A stretch of 64,000 nt of DNA from Convolutriloba macropyga (lineage: Eukaryota), in contig NC_134473.1 in assembly GCF_964194025.1 (NCBI RefSeq), positions 74,524,001 through 74,588,000 of the forward strand, written 5' to 3'. Within the stretch, counting starts at the first letter, position 1; every line of letters begins with the position of its first letter. Positions 13,101 through 24,453 of this stretch are shown here, in pieces. The notes beneath the pieces were generated by a model that did not search any database, was not told the origin of the DNA, and was given only the letters and a program-made list of their open reading frames with translations. The translations under genes were made by a program, and so were the position numbers.

Positions 13101-13989
13101 TCAGTTTCGGATGATGTTTGACCAGACAACTTACCCTCCTCGCAGAAATTGTTGTGCTGGTCAGACTTACCTGACTTAGGCTGGGTTTTACTTCTGCACT
13201 TATTTGAGAAGTGCCCCACATTTTCACAGGTGTTACATTTATTGTCCAAGGCCGGACACGGCTTGCTACTGTGTGGCTTACCTCCACATCTATTACACAA
13301 GTTACCATAGCCTTTATTACCAGTTAACTTTTCAATAGGTTTTCTGAAGGTCTTTTTGAAGTTGTATCCCACTTCTTTTTTTACAAATGGTCTATTACCT
13401 GTTGAGGAACTCGCAAAAGCCATTGCTTGACTTCTGAACTGTAAGCTTTCTGTCATTTCAGACAGAGACATCGTTGGTTTAGTTTTAATGCCGTTTAATA
13501 GTCGTAATTTGGCCTCAGGGTCCCTCAAAACCTGAGATAAATGTAATTTTTACCAACTCTACCTCAGGATTGGTTACTGTTTTTAGTTATTCGAAGTCAC
13601 AATAACGTGCTTCTTCTCTGAGGCGCGCTAGAAAATTGTCGTCAGATTCTACAACGCCTTGGACAACGGACAGAAATTTAGCCCTTTCTGCCGTTTCTCT
13701 TCTCCCTTCAGGGGAAATAGTTTTGAATAGCTTGTCTGAACTCTTCAAAAGGAGTGTCTAACAATTTTTTAGGGCTCATAAGGCTCTTAAGTTTAGGAAG
13801 TGCGTCTTAGCTGCGTATACTAAAAAAGAGATTTGTTACCTGTAGGTCCACGATCGTACCGTGGGTGTTGACTTTAACTTCTTTCTTCTCCGCGCGACAT
13901 TTCGCTACAAAAGACATGATCCACGCAGTACAGGATTCAGCGTTTGGCAGATCCAAGGTTTGTCTGTCATTTGGTAGTCTGGACACCAT
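10192..13989 (-). pseudogene. Disrupted Gypsy gag-pol
   Basis: ORF fragments 13807-14046, 12263-13528, 11965-12237, 11513-11797, 11277-11507, 10849-11280 and 10150-10683 tile one polyprotein with several frameshifts. Confidence 0.9.
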
Positions 13990-14503
13990 TGTCGTGGATT
14001 CGAGAACGAGTAACAAGAATTTTATTATTTTAATAATTGAATTCAAAATTGCCTAAATGTACAAAATTTCACAGGTGTTCATAGTCCGTATCAGTATGAA
14101 AATTTACAGATCCGTCTAGATATAGATAAACTTATATGGGTTAATTTACACCTTAGTTGTGAACAAGTTTTTCCCCTTGCCGTATATGGCAAGTACTAGT
14201 GCAATTTTTTGCACTTAACACATTGTTCTCCCTACCTGAGAATATGTCATTTCTATCTACTTGGAGGGTCGGAGAGTTGGTTTCTGTTTATATCTGGTGG
14301 TGGGAAGGTCGAATCTATCACACAAATCTATAGTTTATAGACACTGATCAATTTGTGGTATGAACAAATTTGAATCGACGATTCGATTCAAATTAGAAGC
14401 CATTATTCAATTTCACTTCACCAAACATCATGTAAGAAAGTTGTCTTTATATATCGAGGTTTTAACTTAAGTTGCTAAGTTCGTCACTTCTCGATATATT
14501 ACA
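13990..14503 (-). repeat. Gypsy 5' LTR
   Basis: 514 bp, TGTAA..GACA on the minus strand, followed by A-TGG (PBS). Confidence 0.92.
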
Positions 14504-14688
14504 TTTTTGACTCCTTCATCACTCTTAATATCAAAAATTATATCCCGCTTTTTGTTGTGTCTTCACTGCAGTAAATTTTGATTTATATAAAGAGTTTTGA
14601 TGGCCAGAAAGTCTTTTTGCCGCCGTTCCGTGGGTTTAGTACGAATCAATTGGAGCAACTCAGTTACGGATTAGATTATGAGCTTGAT
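14504..14688 (+). repeat. Right copy of the ~186-bp direct duplication flanking the Gypsy element
   Basis: Begins at the first base after the LTR; about 11 substitutions and 2 indels relative to 9493-9678. Confidence 0.9.
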
Positions 14689-15900
14689 TTTTCTTGCTCA
14701 ATATTTGTTTTTATATTGTAATTATTCGGATTTTAATGGGTTCAATTTTTTAATCGCCAATCTTCTTGATTGTTATTTAATTATCCTTTTAGTCTATTAT
14801 CTTATGGCGTCCGCAAGTCTTCCGCTAACTTCTGTCGTTTGCTTTTGTTAATGAGGTATCAGTATCGATTTTACCATCTCGGCTTAGAACAAGGCAATTT
14901 TTTCCCTTCTTCTGGGAGAGACCTTTGTCTCTGGAACTTCCTTGTAGAAAGTGGACACGTTTGTTGCTGGAACAGCCTTCATGTTTTTGTATTTATCTCT
15001 GCTGTCTAACTTGCATATGATTTATAGCTTGATATTGCTTCCTTGATTTGCAATACCTACCGATATCAAGTGGGGAATTATTCATTGGTTCCATTTCTAA
15101 GGAAAAATTCATATTTAAGGTAACAATTTCCCAGTTGTTGATATGAAGTCGGGGACCTAAACTTCCATTTAGTCTGCAGATTAAAAACGCAATTTATCAG
15201 CTGGTTAAATTCTATTGCGTTTTAGACTTTGTTATTTGCAGTAACTTGAGTCACCTTGACTGCTGCTCCCATATTAGAGTAATTTCAAAGAATATAATAA
15301 TAATTTTGGTTCCTGCGTAATTGCAGCGGAACAGCATTAGGCCTACAGTAGCCTGTTCTCAGCTGCCCTTTTTCTTATTACTCCCAACATTTCAGACTGT
15401 TCTTTTTATTAGAAGCATTGCTCTTTTTTGGTGACTATGGCCTCTTTTTTTGCATCTGAAACTTTTACGTGGTATATTTATCATATATTCTTTCAAAGAA
15501 TATCATATATTCAAAGAAATATAAAAATTCTAGGTTAAGCCTTGAGAAGGGAATGAAGGATTGTGTATCTTTTGAGTTCATACGCCAACTTGTCAGCTTC
15601 CCTAAATATAAGAGAAGCTGGAATTGTTTTTATCAATATGAAGAAATTACAAAAAGATAATTTATTTTGATCAGTCTCAGTTTCTTTTGATTCTTTTTCC
15701 TCTCTGTTCTAAATTCATACCCAGATACTTTTCAGCATTTTTCTTTTACCAAGGCTTCTTTCCGAATTCTTAACATTTGAATTACGGTTTCTGTAGACCA
15801 ATTGCATTTCATCTTGTCTTAATGCAATTTTGATGAGATTTATTTTGATCTTGGTTGCTCGATGGATTTGCTGAAGTTGACTGATAAAATTCGGAGATCG
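14689..15900 (-). mobile_element. Further highly decayed LINE (CR1-like) sequence
   Basis: Continues the sequence interrupted by the Gypsy element; FERIYDKY..KKRP*(V)TK near 15430-15495 resembles the CR1 ORF2 linker PW motif. Boundaries approximate. Confidence 0.35.
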
Positions 15901-16077
15901 TTTGTACGATTGAAGATGTTATGTCATACAGGTAACGAGGGCTATTCAACGAGATCAAGTGCTTGAAGGAGATCGGGCGTTCCTGTTCGCTGGTTGCAAT
16001 TGATTAAACCTGGTTGCAATTGACAAAACAATTGCTTTTATCTGACCGACGTTCATATCCGGAAAAACTTTTCATTT

Positions 16078-16270
16078 TGAAGGAAATCAAGAATGACTTC
16101 CGATAATTTCCGATTTTTGATTTAAAAGTTACAGTTCGAGTTTGATGTCACAACCATTAAGCTATGATTGCGGGAACAATGCTATATAAACCGACTGATT
16201 TGTAACAAATCTTGCCGACAATTGAAACGTTGATTAATACGTCTATCTCGCATCAATACACAGCTTATCA
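16078..16270 (+). repeat. Copia 5' LTR
   Basis: 193 bp direct repeat of 20980-21174. Confidence 0.92.
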
Positions 16271-17141
16271 GGTTACTGTGCCCAGCCAAACGCACAGCTG
16301 CAAACAAAAAATTTTTCTGCAAGGCGGCCGAAAAAAAACAGACAAAACAGCAAAGAGACAAGACACTACCAAAGAGACAAGAAAGGGCCAAAGTGACGAA
16401 AAGCCAAAAAGAGGGAGCAAAGGAGAGTTCGAAAAGAGTAGCTAGCAAGGATCAGCAGGGTGAAGTTCCAGGCCCTAGTTTTGATGGAGTCTGTTTGAGT
16501 GCCGGCAAAGTGCCAAACCAAGATTGAAAACATTTATTGTTCTAAATTTGTAAAAAGCTACTTTCCTAAAAGGTAGCTTATTGGCTGTGACGCGCTTGCA
16601 TTTCCGGACACCGTTCGGACATTTTTTTTTGAAAAAGCGCAACCTAATCGAACACCGTTTGTATTTTTTTGAAAAAGCGCTGATTTGCTGAACAACTTTC
16701 AGATTTTATTTAAAAACGTTGTAATAAACGTGTAAAGCAGCGAAAACTTAAACACTCTACAAATATGGTTGAACTTGATTGAAAATTGATATGACTTTGG
16801 AGAAATGATCCTGCTAATAAGGGGCGATACATGTAGAGACCGCCCTTGAGTCTATGAAGTTATTGCTACTTGGGTTTCGCTAAGGATAACACCCGACCTA
16901 GAGGATCCTTTTACAGTCGAACCTCGTAAGGACGTGGCCTGGCCGTTTCTCAGTGACCAGTAGTGACATACACAAGAGGGTAGTGTTTGCATGTAAGACC
17001 TTTTTGTTTGCCGACCTTTTAATCCTAGTTCTCCTAAGAGTTGGTTTTTGTATGAAAGTAACAAGTGAAAAGGTATTGAATTGATAAATTGATTAGAGAG
17101 ACTAATTTTTGTTTTGAATTGATAGACTGGTTAGACAAGAG

Positions 17142-20100
17142 ATGAGTGATAAGAACGAACGTATCCGATTCAGCGGGAAAAAGGGAGACTTTTTGTACTT
17201 TTCAGAGCAATTTGAAGCTCGCATTTTTGTCCTTATGTTGTACAAGGTACTTGATGGTAGTAGCACTTTTGAAGATTATGTCCCTTCTACACGCCCTAAC
17301 GCTTCACGAGCCGAAAAAGACGCAGCTATAGCTAAAGGCAGAGAACTTTTTAAAGAAAAACAAATGCAAATATGGTATGAGCTTGTTTCGGCGCTGGACT
17401 AGCAGTCAGTTCTTTATCTTGGGCCTTATAAAGGAGATGGGGCTCAAGCGTGGGATGTTTTAACTAAGAGATTCCGTAGTTTTGAGAGACCTAGATTACA
17501 AAAGTTAGTCAGCGAACTCACTAGCCTTGTTAAAAGAGACGACGAAATTCTAATCGGGTATATAACAAGAGCAGAGGAACTACAATATAACCTTAACCAA
17601 GTCAACGAGGGTTTGAGTGAAAAAACGTTCACATCAATTCTACTGAAAGGTCTGCCGAACGAATTTGATATTTTTGTCACACTTGTTAAGTACGGTAGTG
17701 AGGATAAGTCACTTGATGAGTTGAAGTGAGATCTGATCAACTTCGACACTGAGCGAAGAATAGAGAGTGATAGGAAAAACGCAAGTGAAAGTGTCCTAAC
17801 AAAGCAGAAGAGGTGCCATAACTGTAATAAGTTAGGACATATTGCAAAATTCTGTCGCTCAAATTTTAACCAGAAGCCTCATAACCCACAGCTTAGTACC
17901 AGCAAAGTAATTCAGTTCTACAATTGCAATAAATTTCGACACATAGCTACAGAGTGTAGGAATAAAAAGTTTGAGAGTCATGCCAGGCGAAGCGTTAGAA
18001 ATGAGATACAGAATTTAGCTAAAGATGAAGAATACTTCAGTTTCTTTTTATGCCCAGTTGATGATGAGGGAGTAGGACTAGTGCTAGATTCGGGGGCAAC
18101 AAGTCACATGATAAACAACAGGGAAATGTTTATCGATATCGATGATAGTTTCTCGGGCAAAGTACAGATCGCAAACAAAAGAGAGTCTGAGGTTTGTGGC
18201 CGAGGTACAGTTGCATTTTTAGTTAAGGATAGTAATCAGGTTAACAGAAAAATTATCTTGGAGAACGCCTTGTTTATACCTGAAAATTCACACAGTCTAG
18301 TGTCAATTAGTAAACTTAGAGAAGCAGGAGCTGAAGTTTTGATAGGACCAGAACTAAGCATAAATGACAAAAGCGGAGTTGAGTAACCATTTCGGCAGAA
18401 GAATTTTTTCATTTGGGACTTTAGTGAGATTGATAAAACTTGCAAGGAAAACTGCCTACTGTCCAGTAGTTTAAAAATTTGGCACAAAAGATTGGGTCAT
18501 AGCAATTTTACGGACCTTAGCAAACTAATTGAACATGTTGAAGGAATGCGTATCAGCGACCGTTCGGTAGATGTATGTGAGCTTTGTGAGTTGAATAAGG
18601 CTAAGAAACAACCAATAGCAAAAGATTGCACAACAAGAGCAAAAGCAGTGTTGGACTTTGTGCACACAGACATTTTAGGGCCTCTTACCCCCGAGGCTGT
18701 AGATGGCCACAAGTACGCGATAGGATTTGTTGATAGCTTCAGTAGATATTGTAGGGCTTACTTTATGAAGTCAAGGGACGAGACTCTAGAGAAATTTCAA
18801 CAATTTTGTGCAGATGTAGGCCAGCCTTCAACTTTAGTCTTAGACGGTGCAAAAGAGTACATAGCTAACGATTTTAAAAAGTTTGCCCGGCTAAAAGGAA
18901 TCAGGCTTGAGAATTCTGCGGCGTACACGCCACAAGAAAATGGTAAAATTGAAAAAAACTTTGGGACGTCACTGTAGGAACTGCTTGAGATCAGGCTTCT
19001 TTAGAGAAAAAGTATTGGACTTATTCGCTCAATATGGCGTTCTATTTAAAAAATTTTTGCTATCATTAGGCAATAAAGAAAACCCCTCATGAAGCCATGT
19101 ATGGTGAGAAGCCAAATCTTAGTTTCATGAAAGTGTTCGGTTGTATTGCTTACCCTTTCATAGAGAAACAGTTTAGAAACAAAATAGACATAAAAGCGAT
19201 GAAGGGTATTTTCTTAGGTCATGCACTCGATAGTAGATCTTTTCTGATAGGAATAGAAAACGATCGCGGTGAACTTAAGGTTCAAAGAACAAGGAATGCA
19301 AGGTTCGACGAGAACAAGTATTACTTCGGATTGAATGAACAGCAAATCTGGAACATGAGGTAAACAAAGAGATGAGTGAAATAGTTTTTTTTAAGTGAAA
19401 TTGTTGATCAAAATTTGTTGCCTAAAAACGCAAAAGAGGCGCTCAAGAGTGAAAACTGTAAGAAAGCAATGCAGGACGAATACAACTCACTGAGAGAAAA
19501 TGAAGTTTGGGATCTAGTTGAGGATAATGGAGCAAAAGTAGTGGGTAGCAGATGGCATTTTGGAGTTAAATATCGTCCGACGGGGGAGATAAGTAGATTC
19601 AAAGCAAGGTTCGTGGCCAAAGGTTACAGTCAAGTCTTAGGGAAGGATTTTCATGAGAGTTACTCACCAACGACTAGGTTATCAACAATTCATTTACTTG
19701 TGAGCTTGTCTGTTCACAAAGGGTCAAAAATAAGACAAATGGATATAACAACGGCATATCTTAACGCACCTATAGCTGAAGAAATTTACATGAAACAACC
19801 AGAAGGTTTTGAGCAATTAGACAACAAAGGAAAACCTCTTGTTTGTTTAATGAAGAAAAGTCTTTACGGTCTTAAGCAGTCAGGAAGGAATTGGTATCTT
19901 ACATTTAGGAATTTTTTGGTAGCTAAAGGTTTTGAATCTTCGGTTCATGATAATTGTTTGTTCATAAAGAAAAGTGAAAGACAACTTCAAGGCGCAGATT
20001 GTTTGTGGGTAGATGATATAATAAGCTCTGAATTTCAGGAAAACTTCTCGTCTTGGTTCGAGAATGAGCTGTCTAAGGATTTCAAAATAAGCGATTGTAG

Positions 20101-20968
20101 GGATCTTTGTTGGTTTCTTGGAATGAAAATTGTGAAAAAGGAAAATTCCATTGAAATCAACCAAGAACAGTATATTGAAAAGCTGTTAAGAGAAATTTGG
20201 ACTAGAAAGCTGCAAATCAATAGAAACACCACTTGCAGAAATAAAACTAACAAGAGAAGACTGCCCTCAGGAGGGGAGTGAAGAGCAAGAGCGCATGAAG
20301 AGTTTTGATTATAGAATTTTAGTGGGTTGCTTGAATTATTTAGCTTGCTCAAGTAGACCAGATTTTTTTTGCAGCAAACTTCTTAAGTTCTTTTGTTGAG
20401 AATCCAGGGGAAAAGCACTGGAAAGCCGGAAAGAGTTTTGAGATACCTCAAAGGTTCTAAGTCAAAGAGTTTAGTTTTTAGGAGGGGAGATAAGTTAACC
20501 ATAGTGTTTCTCCGATGCCGATAGAGCAGGAAATTTAGACCATAGGAAAAGCACTTCAGGATATTGTTTCAAACTTAGTAGTAGCTCAGCCGTTGTTAGC
20601 TGGCCAACAAAGGTTCAAAGATGTGTTGCTACATCAACGGCAGAAGCCGAAATGAATTCCTTAGTAGAGGCAACAAAGGAGGCCATTCACTTGATCTGCT
20701 GCAGGACTTAAGCTTTGAGGTACAAAAACCTTTTGAGATTTTTGTTGACAACCAGGCATGCATAGCGCTCAGCAGGCAGTCCATTCACTATGGAAAAACA
20801 AAACACTTTGCACGTTAACTTCATTTCATAAGGGAGCTTGTAGAAAGGGGAGAGCTAGAATTGAAATACTTGCAAATTGACCTCATGATTGCAGATGTCC
20901 TCACCAAGGGATTAGGGAAAACAAATCACGCTAGGTTTTGCGCGGCTCTCTTAGGTGACACCCAACCC
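17142..20968 (+). pseudogene. Disrupted Copia gag-pol
   Basis: ORF fragments starting at 17142, 18081, 18492, 19097, 19415 and 20621, separated by stops and frameshifts. Confidence 0.9.
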
Positions 20969-20979
20969 GAAAGGAGGGG

Positions 20980-21174
20980 TGAAGGAAGTCAAGAATGACT
21001 CCCGATAATTTCCGATTTTTGATTTAAAAGTTACAGTTCGAGTTTGATGTCACAACCATTAAGCTATGATTGCGGGAACATAATGTTATATAAACCGACT
21101 GATTTGTATCAAATCTTGCCGCCAATTGAAACGTTGATTAATACTTCTCTCTCACATCAATACACAGCTTGTCA
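20980..21174 (+). repeat. Copia 3' LTR
   Basis: 195 bp, follows the PPT and is followed by the TSD. Confidence 0.92.
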
Positions 21175-21607
21175 CATTTCACCAATCGAAAACAGTATTT
21201 TGGTTGTATGAGTGATTTAATTGAGTTATCGAAAAAAATATCGTCTCAAATAATTAAATCAGTTCCTTCTTCAAGGGCCTATTGTCGAGTAAATTGAAAA
21301 TCTTTAATTTTTTGTTGATAGTTATGGTTCAAGCTCAATGAAAAATAAGCGTGTACTTGAAACAATTTTTTTAAATCCAATGTTGCACCGTAAAATTTCC
21401 TGCACGTAACTGGCTCTAGTTGAATATAGCATCCTCATTTAGGGAGCTTTCTGAGCTCTTATTGAAAAATTGAGCTACCCGGTAGTAGAATATGCCTACG
21501 GGAGATATTAATTTGTACAATTGACTGAAAAGAACTTATTAAACAGCACGGCGTCTGTTTAGTTTATCAAAACAATAACGCTAATAAAAAAGAGGGCTCA
21601 ATCAAGT

Positions 21608-21621
21608 GCGTCTATAGCAAC
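21608..21621. promoter_or_regulatory. Candidate RFX X-box upstream of IFT74
   Basis: GCGTCT-AT-AGCAAC: one perfect half-site with canonical spacing and one degenerate half-site, about 800 bp upstream of a ciliary gene. Confidence 0.35.
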
Positions 21622-22417
21622 GCCAAAATACTTTTGAAACTTAAAAAAACGTAAAATTGTTATATCATGCTGAGCGTAAAAACTGAAGCAAATGGGGCTT
21701 ACTTCATTTTATGCGAGCAACTATTTTAATTATTGGAGACAGCTTCAGAAATTGATTGCATATCTTCCGGTTAAAAATATTGTGGCTGTTTCTCATTCTG
21801 AATCAAAACAGTTTTGCCAATTACACAAAAAATTAGTTGTCAAATTTTAAGAAATTTTGGTTTCATTTTTTACAGAATAGCCGACGTTTTTTAAGTTTTT
21901 GTTATCTTAACAGTTGCGCTCAAACGAAGTTTGTAGCAATTATATTAGTCCTGTTGGTATTTTGTGCGATTTTTTGTTTTCTTACTTAGTTTTGGTGACT
22001 TTTTTGACTTGAGAAACTGGAAAAATTGGTAAAACCAGAAGGCATTAAATCACTGATCTCTCAAGTGTACAAATCAAGGCAGCTGAGTGGACATAATTTA
22101 ATAGTGGGAAGGGCTTCAAGTTTAAACCTCCGACCTTCTACTCCTACTCTAACCCCCCACGTACCCTCCTCCGTATCCATTTAATATTACTATCCCTTAA
22201 GACGTCGGTGACACTTAATATGCATGTAGTCAAACTAATATCATGTACAAAGGAAAGCATTGACGCGTTAGTGTTATTATTTTAAAGCTTATCTGTTAAG
22301 ATTTCAATCGTATGGAGCAGAAAAAGGCTAGTTTTCTATTAATTTATGCAGCGTTAGGCGTGTTATTACTGTCTATAATATACTCTACAAAATTAGTTTG
22401 AATTTTCAGATTAAAAA

Positions 22418-24181
22418 ATGGAACGACCGAAAACTCGAATGGGTTCTGCAATTGGGCAACGACCTGGCAGTTCAATGCGAATGGGCGGTGTGGCAAGGGG
22501 TTCAAATATGCAGCCCCCACCCTCGTCAATGGGACGGCAGGGTGGAATGTTTAATCCTGGTGGATCGGTCAAAACTGGCATTACCGATCGCCCCGTTACA
22601 AAACAAGGAGTCGCCAATCCGAACAAGATCAAAACTGGCTATTCAAATAGAAACGTCAAAGATTCAGGATACCACAAGTTTAGCATTAACGCCAAATGCA
22701 ATGAAATTGAAGCAAAAACTGCTGAATTTCAGCAGAAGACTGAAAAAATCTATCGCGATATGGAACAGTTTGGACCAATGGTAGAAAAGGCCGAGAAAAC
22801 AGCGAAAGAATTAGCCGATTTGCAAACTCAATTTAGGTCCATCAACTTGACGAAAGAGCTGAAGCAAAGAGGCGAGTTGAACGAGGCTGCAATAGCTGCA
22901 GATATCGAGCAATGTAAGGACGAAAACAGCTCCAAACGTAAGGAAATCGAAGATCTGATGCAACGAAAAGACAAAATTGAGAAGCGAACGCGTCAAGTCA
23001 TGGCAAAAATTGAAAGCGAGGAAACAGTTCGAGAACAGAGTTTGAAAAGCGCTTTGCCTCGAGAGGAATATGAGAAAGTTCTTGAAAAGCAAAATGAGTT
23101 GAAGCAGATTTCAGAATTGGTGCCAAAAATTAAGGAAAAACTAGCAGAAAGTAGCCAACAAGTTGAGGATAAACAGAAACGCCTCAAGAGCCAGCATCCT
23201 GAAAAGTTTTATGCTTACTCGTTGTTGATGAGAATAAAAGAAATGGCGATTGAAAGGCAACGTTTGCAGGATAAAAACAACAAATTCGACCAAGAAGCTG
23301 AACAAAATCGACTAATGGAGGAAATACAAACTAAAAAGCAAAAAATTGAAGAGTTGAGAGGACGCTTGAACTATCTAATCAATGAAAATCGAAATTTGAA
23401 TGACCGATTGAACAGTTACGAAAATGATTCACACTTGCAACCTGATCAAATGGAGAAACTCCGCAAACTTAACGCCAAACAGGCTGAAATGAAACACTTC
23501 AAAGAATCATTTCCGGAATTGAAACGGGAGGAGATTGAAAAAATTCAACATTTGCAAGACGTGAATGAGAATTTGCTTCAACAAATGGCCTCAAAGCGCG
23601 AAATGATGAAAAATTTACCGTCGCATGAAAAATTTGGAGAGATGCAAAATACGCTGGAATTCAATCAATCCGAAATGAAAAAAGCGGAGAGTACTCATTC
23701 GGCTGTGGCTGGTCAAAAGTATCAACTTGTGAATGACTTGCAAAAAATGGAACAATTATTACCTCGAATTGTCTCCGAAGCCGCCGAGCTTCAAAAACAG
23801 TTGAAAACTTTGAATGAGGAAAAGATAATGTATGGCGATATTGACGCGTTGAAGGAGCGCGAGAACGGGCTGAAGATTGCGCTTTCGGTGGAGAGGGAAA
23901 GCTTGGAAAAACGGATGGACTGGGTTAAAAAAGACGTGGCCCATTTGGAAAAGAGTCGCGACAGTCTGAAATCGAGTCTGGCTTCGAATGAGACTTACAC
24001 GCAGTTGAAAGCTCTGGAACAGCGGTGGGTTGCGGAGGAGCAAAGAAACGCGACCCTGGCTGATTTTATTCAGGAGAAGGAAATGAAAGTGGACTGCGCC
24101 CCCGTGAGAGCTGAAGGCTTGAAGAAAATGAAGGAAATCAATCAGATTCTATTGACGCAATTGAAGGCATCGCAGTTCTAA
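22418..24181 (+). CDS. IFT74: Intraflagellar transport protein 74
   Basis: 587-aa uninterrupted ORF. Basic low-complexity N-terminus (RPKTRMG, RPGS), DRPVTKQG..KTG...R.VKD.GY (IFT74 DRPVTQQG..KTG...RQ..DKSYY), long coiled coil, and C-terminal L.SNETYTQL..LE.RW...EQ.N....DFI. Confidence 0.92.
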   Translation: MERPKTRMGSAIGQRPGSSMRMGGVARGSNMQPPPSSMGRQGGMFNPGGSVKTGITDRPVTKQGVANPNKIKTGYSNRNVKDSGYHKFSINAKCNEIEAKTAEFQQKTEKIYRDMEQFGPMVEKAEKTAKELADLQTQFRSINLTKELKQRGELNEAAIAADIEQCKDENSSKRKEIEDLMQRKDKIEKRTRQVMAKIESEETVREQSLKSALPREEYEKVLEKQNELKQISELVPKIKEKLAESSQQVEDKQKRLKSQHPEKFYAYSLLMRIKEMAIERQRLQDKNNKFDQEAEQNRLMEEIQTKKQKIEELRGRLNYLINENRNLNDRLNSYENDSHLQPDQMEKLRKLNAKQAEMKHFKESFPELKREEIEKIQHLQDVNENLLQQMASKREMMKNLPSHEKFGEMQNTLEFNQSEMKKAESTHSAVAGQKYQLVNDLQKMEQLLPRIVSEAAELQKQLKTLNEEKIMYGDIDALKERENGLKIALSVERESLEKRMDWVKKDVAHLEKSRDSLKSSLASNETYTQLKALEQRWVAEEQRNATLADFIQEKEMKVDCAPVRAEGLKKMKEINQILLTQLKASQF

Positions 24182-24453
24182 TGTTACACAGAAGATTTGG
24201 ATATCTCAGATCAGGATATCTTCAAAGCATATCAATGATTTTACAAGCAGTTTTTGGAGTCACGCTTTAAATTACCATTCAAAGGGTATATCCAAAGGGT
24301 GAAAGTAAACCTAAGAACTTGGTCAATTTAAGCAGTACCGGTTTGTGTAAAAAGAAATTTGTTAGTCTGTTCTCGTGTATTTCCAAGACACACGCACGTA
24401 TTGTAAATAATGAAATATATTTGTGCTCATCAAATTGTAAGTAAATGTAAGTA

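Larger units (their letters stand above)
9679..14503 (-). mobile_element. Ty3/Gypsy LTR retrotransposon, full-length but frameshifted (Mag-like, two CCHC knuckles)
   Basis: TG..CA LTRs at 9679-10191 and 13990-14503; PPT AAAAAAGGAGGGAGGA next to 10191; TGG-starting PBS at 13988. Domain order gag (2 zinc knuckles), protease (VDTGAD), RT (FQDD), RNase H (TTDAS), integrase (HETHPG..CKEC, LHID). Confidence 0.95.
16078..21174 (+). mobile_element. Ty1/Copia LTR retrotransposon, full-length but disrupted
   Basis: TG..CA LTRs at 16078-16270 and 20980-21174; 5-bp TSD CATTT on both sides; PPT GAAAGGAGGGG at 20969-20979. Order gag, protease (LDSGATSHM), WHKRLGH, integrase, RT (KARFVAKG, SLYGLKQS, WVDD), RNase H. 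Confidence 0.96.

Noticed and set aside
22398-24043. Alternative-frame and antisense ORFs over IFT74
   Set aside because: Shadow ORFs of the real coding sequence.
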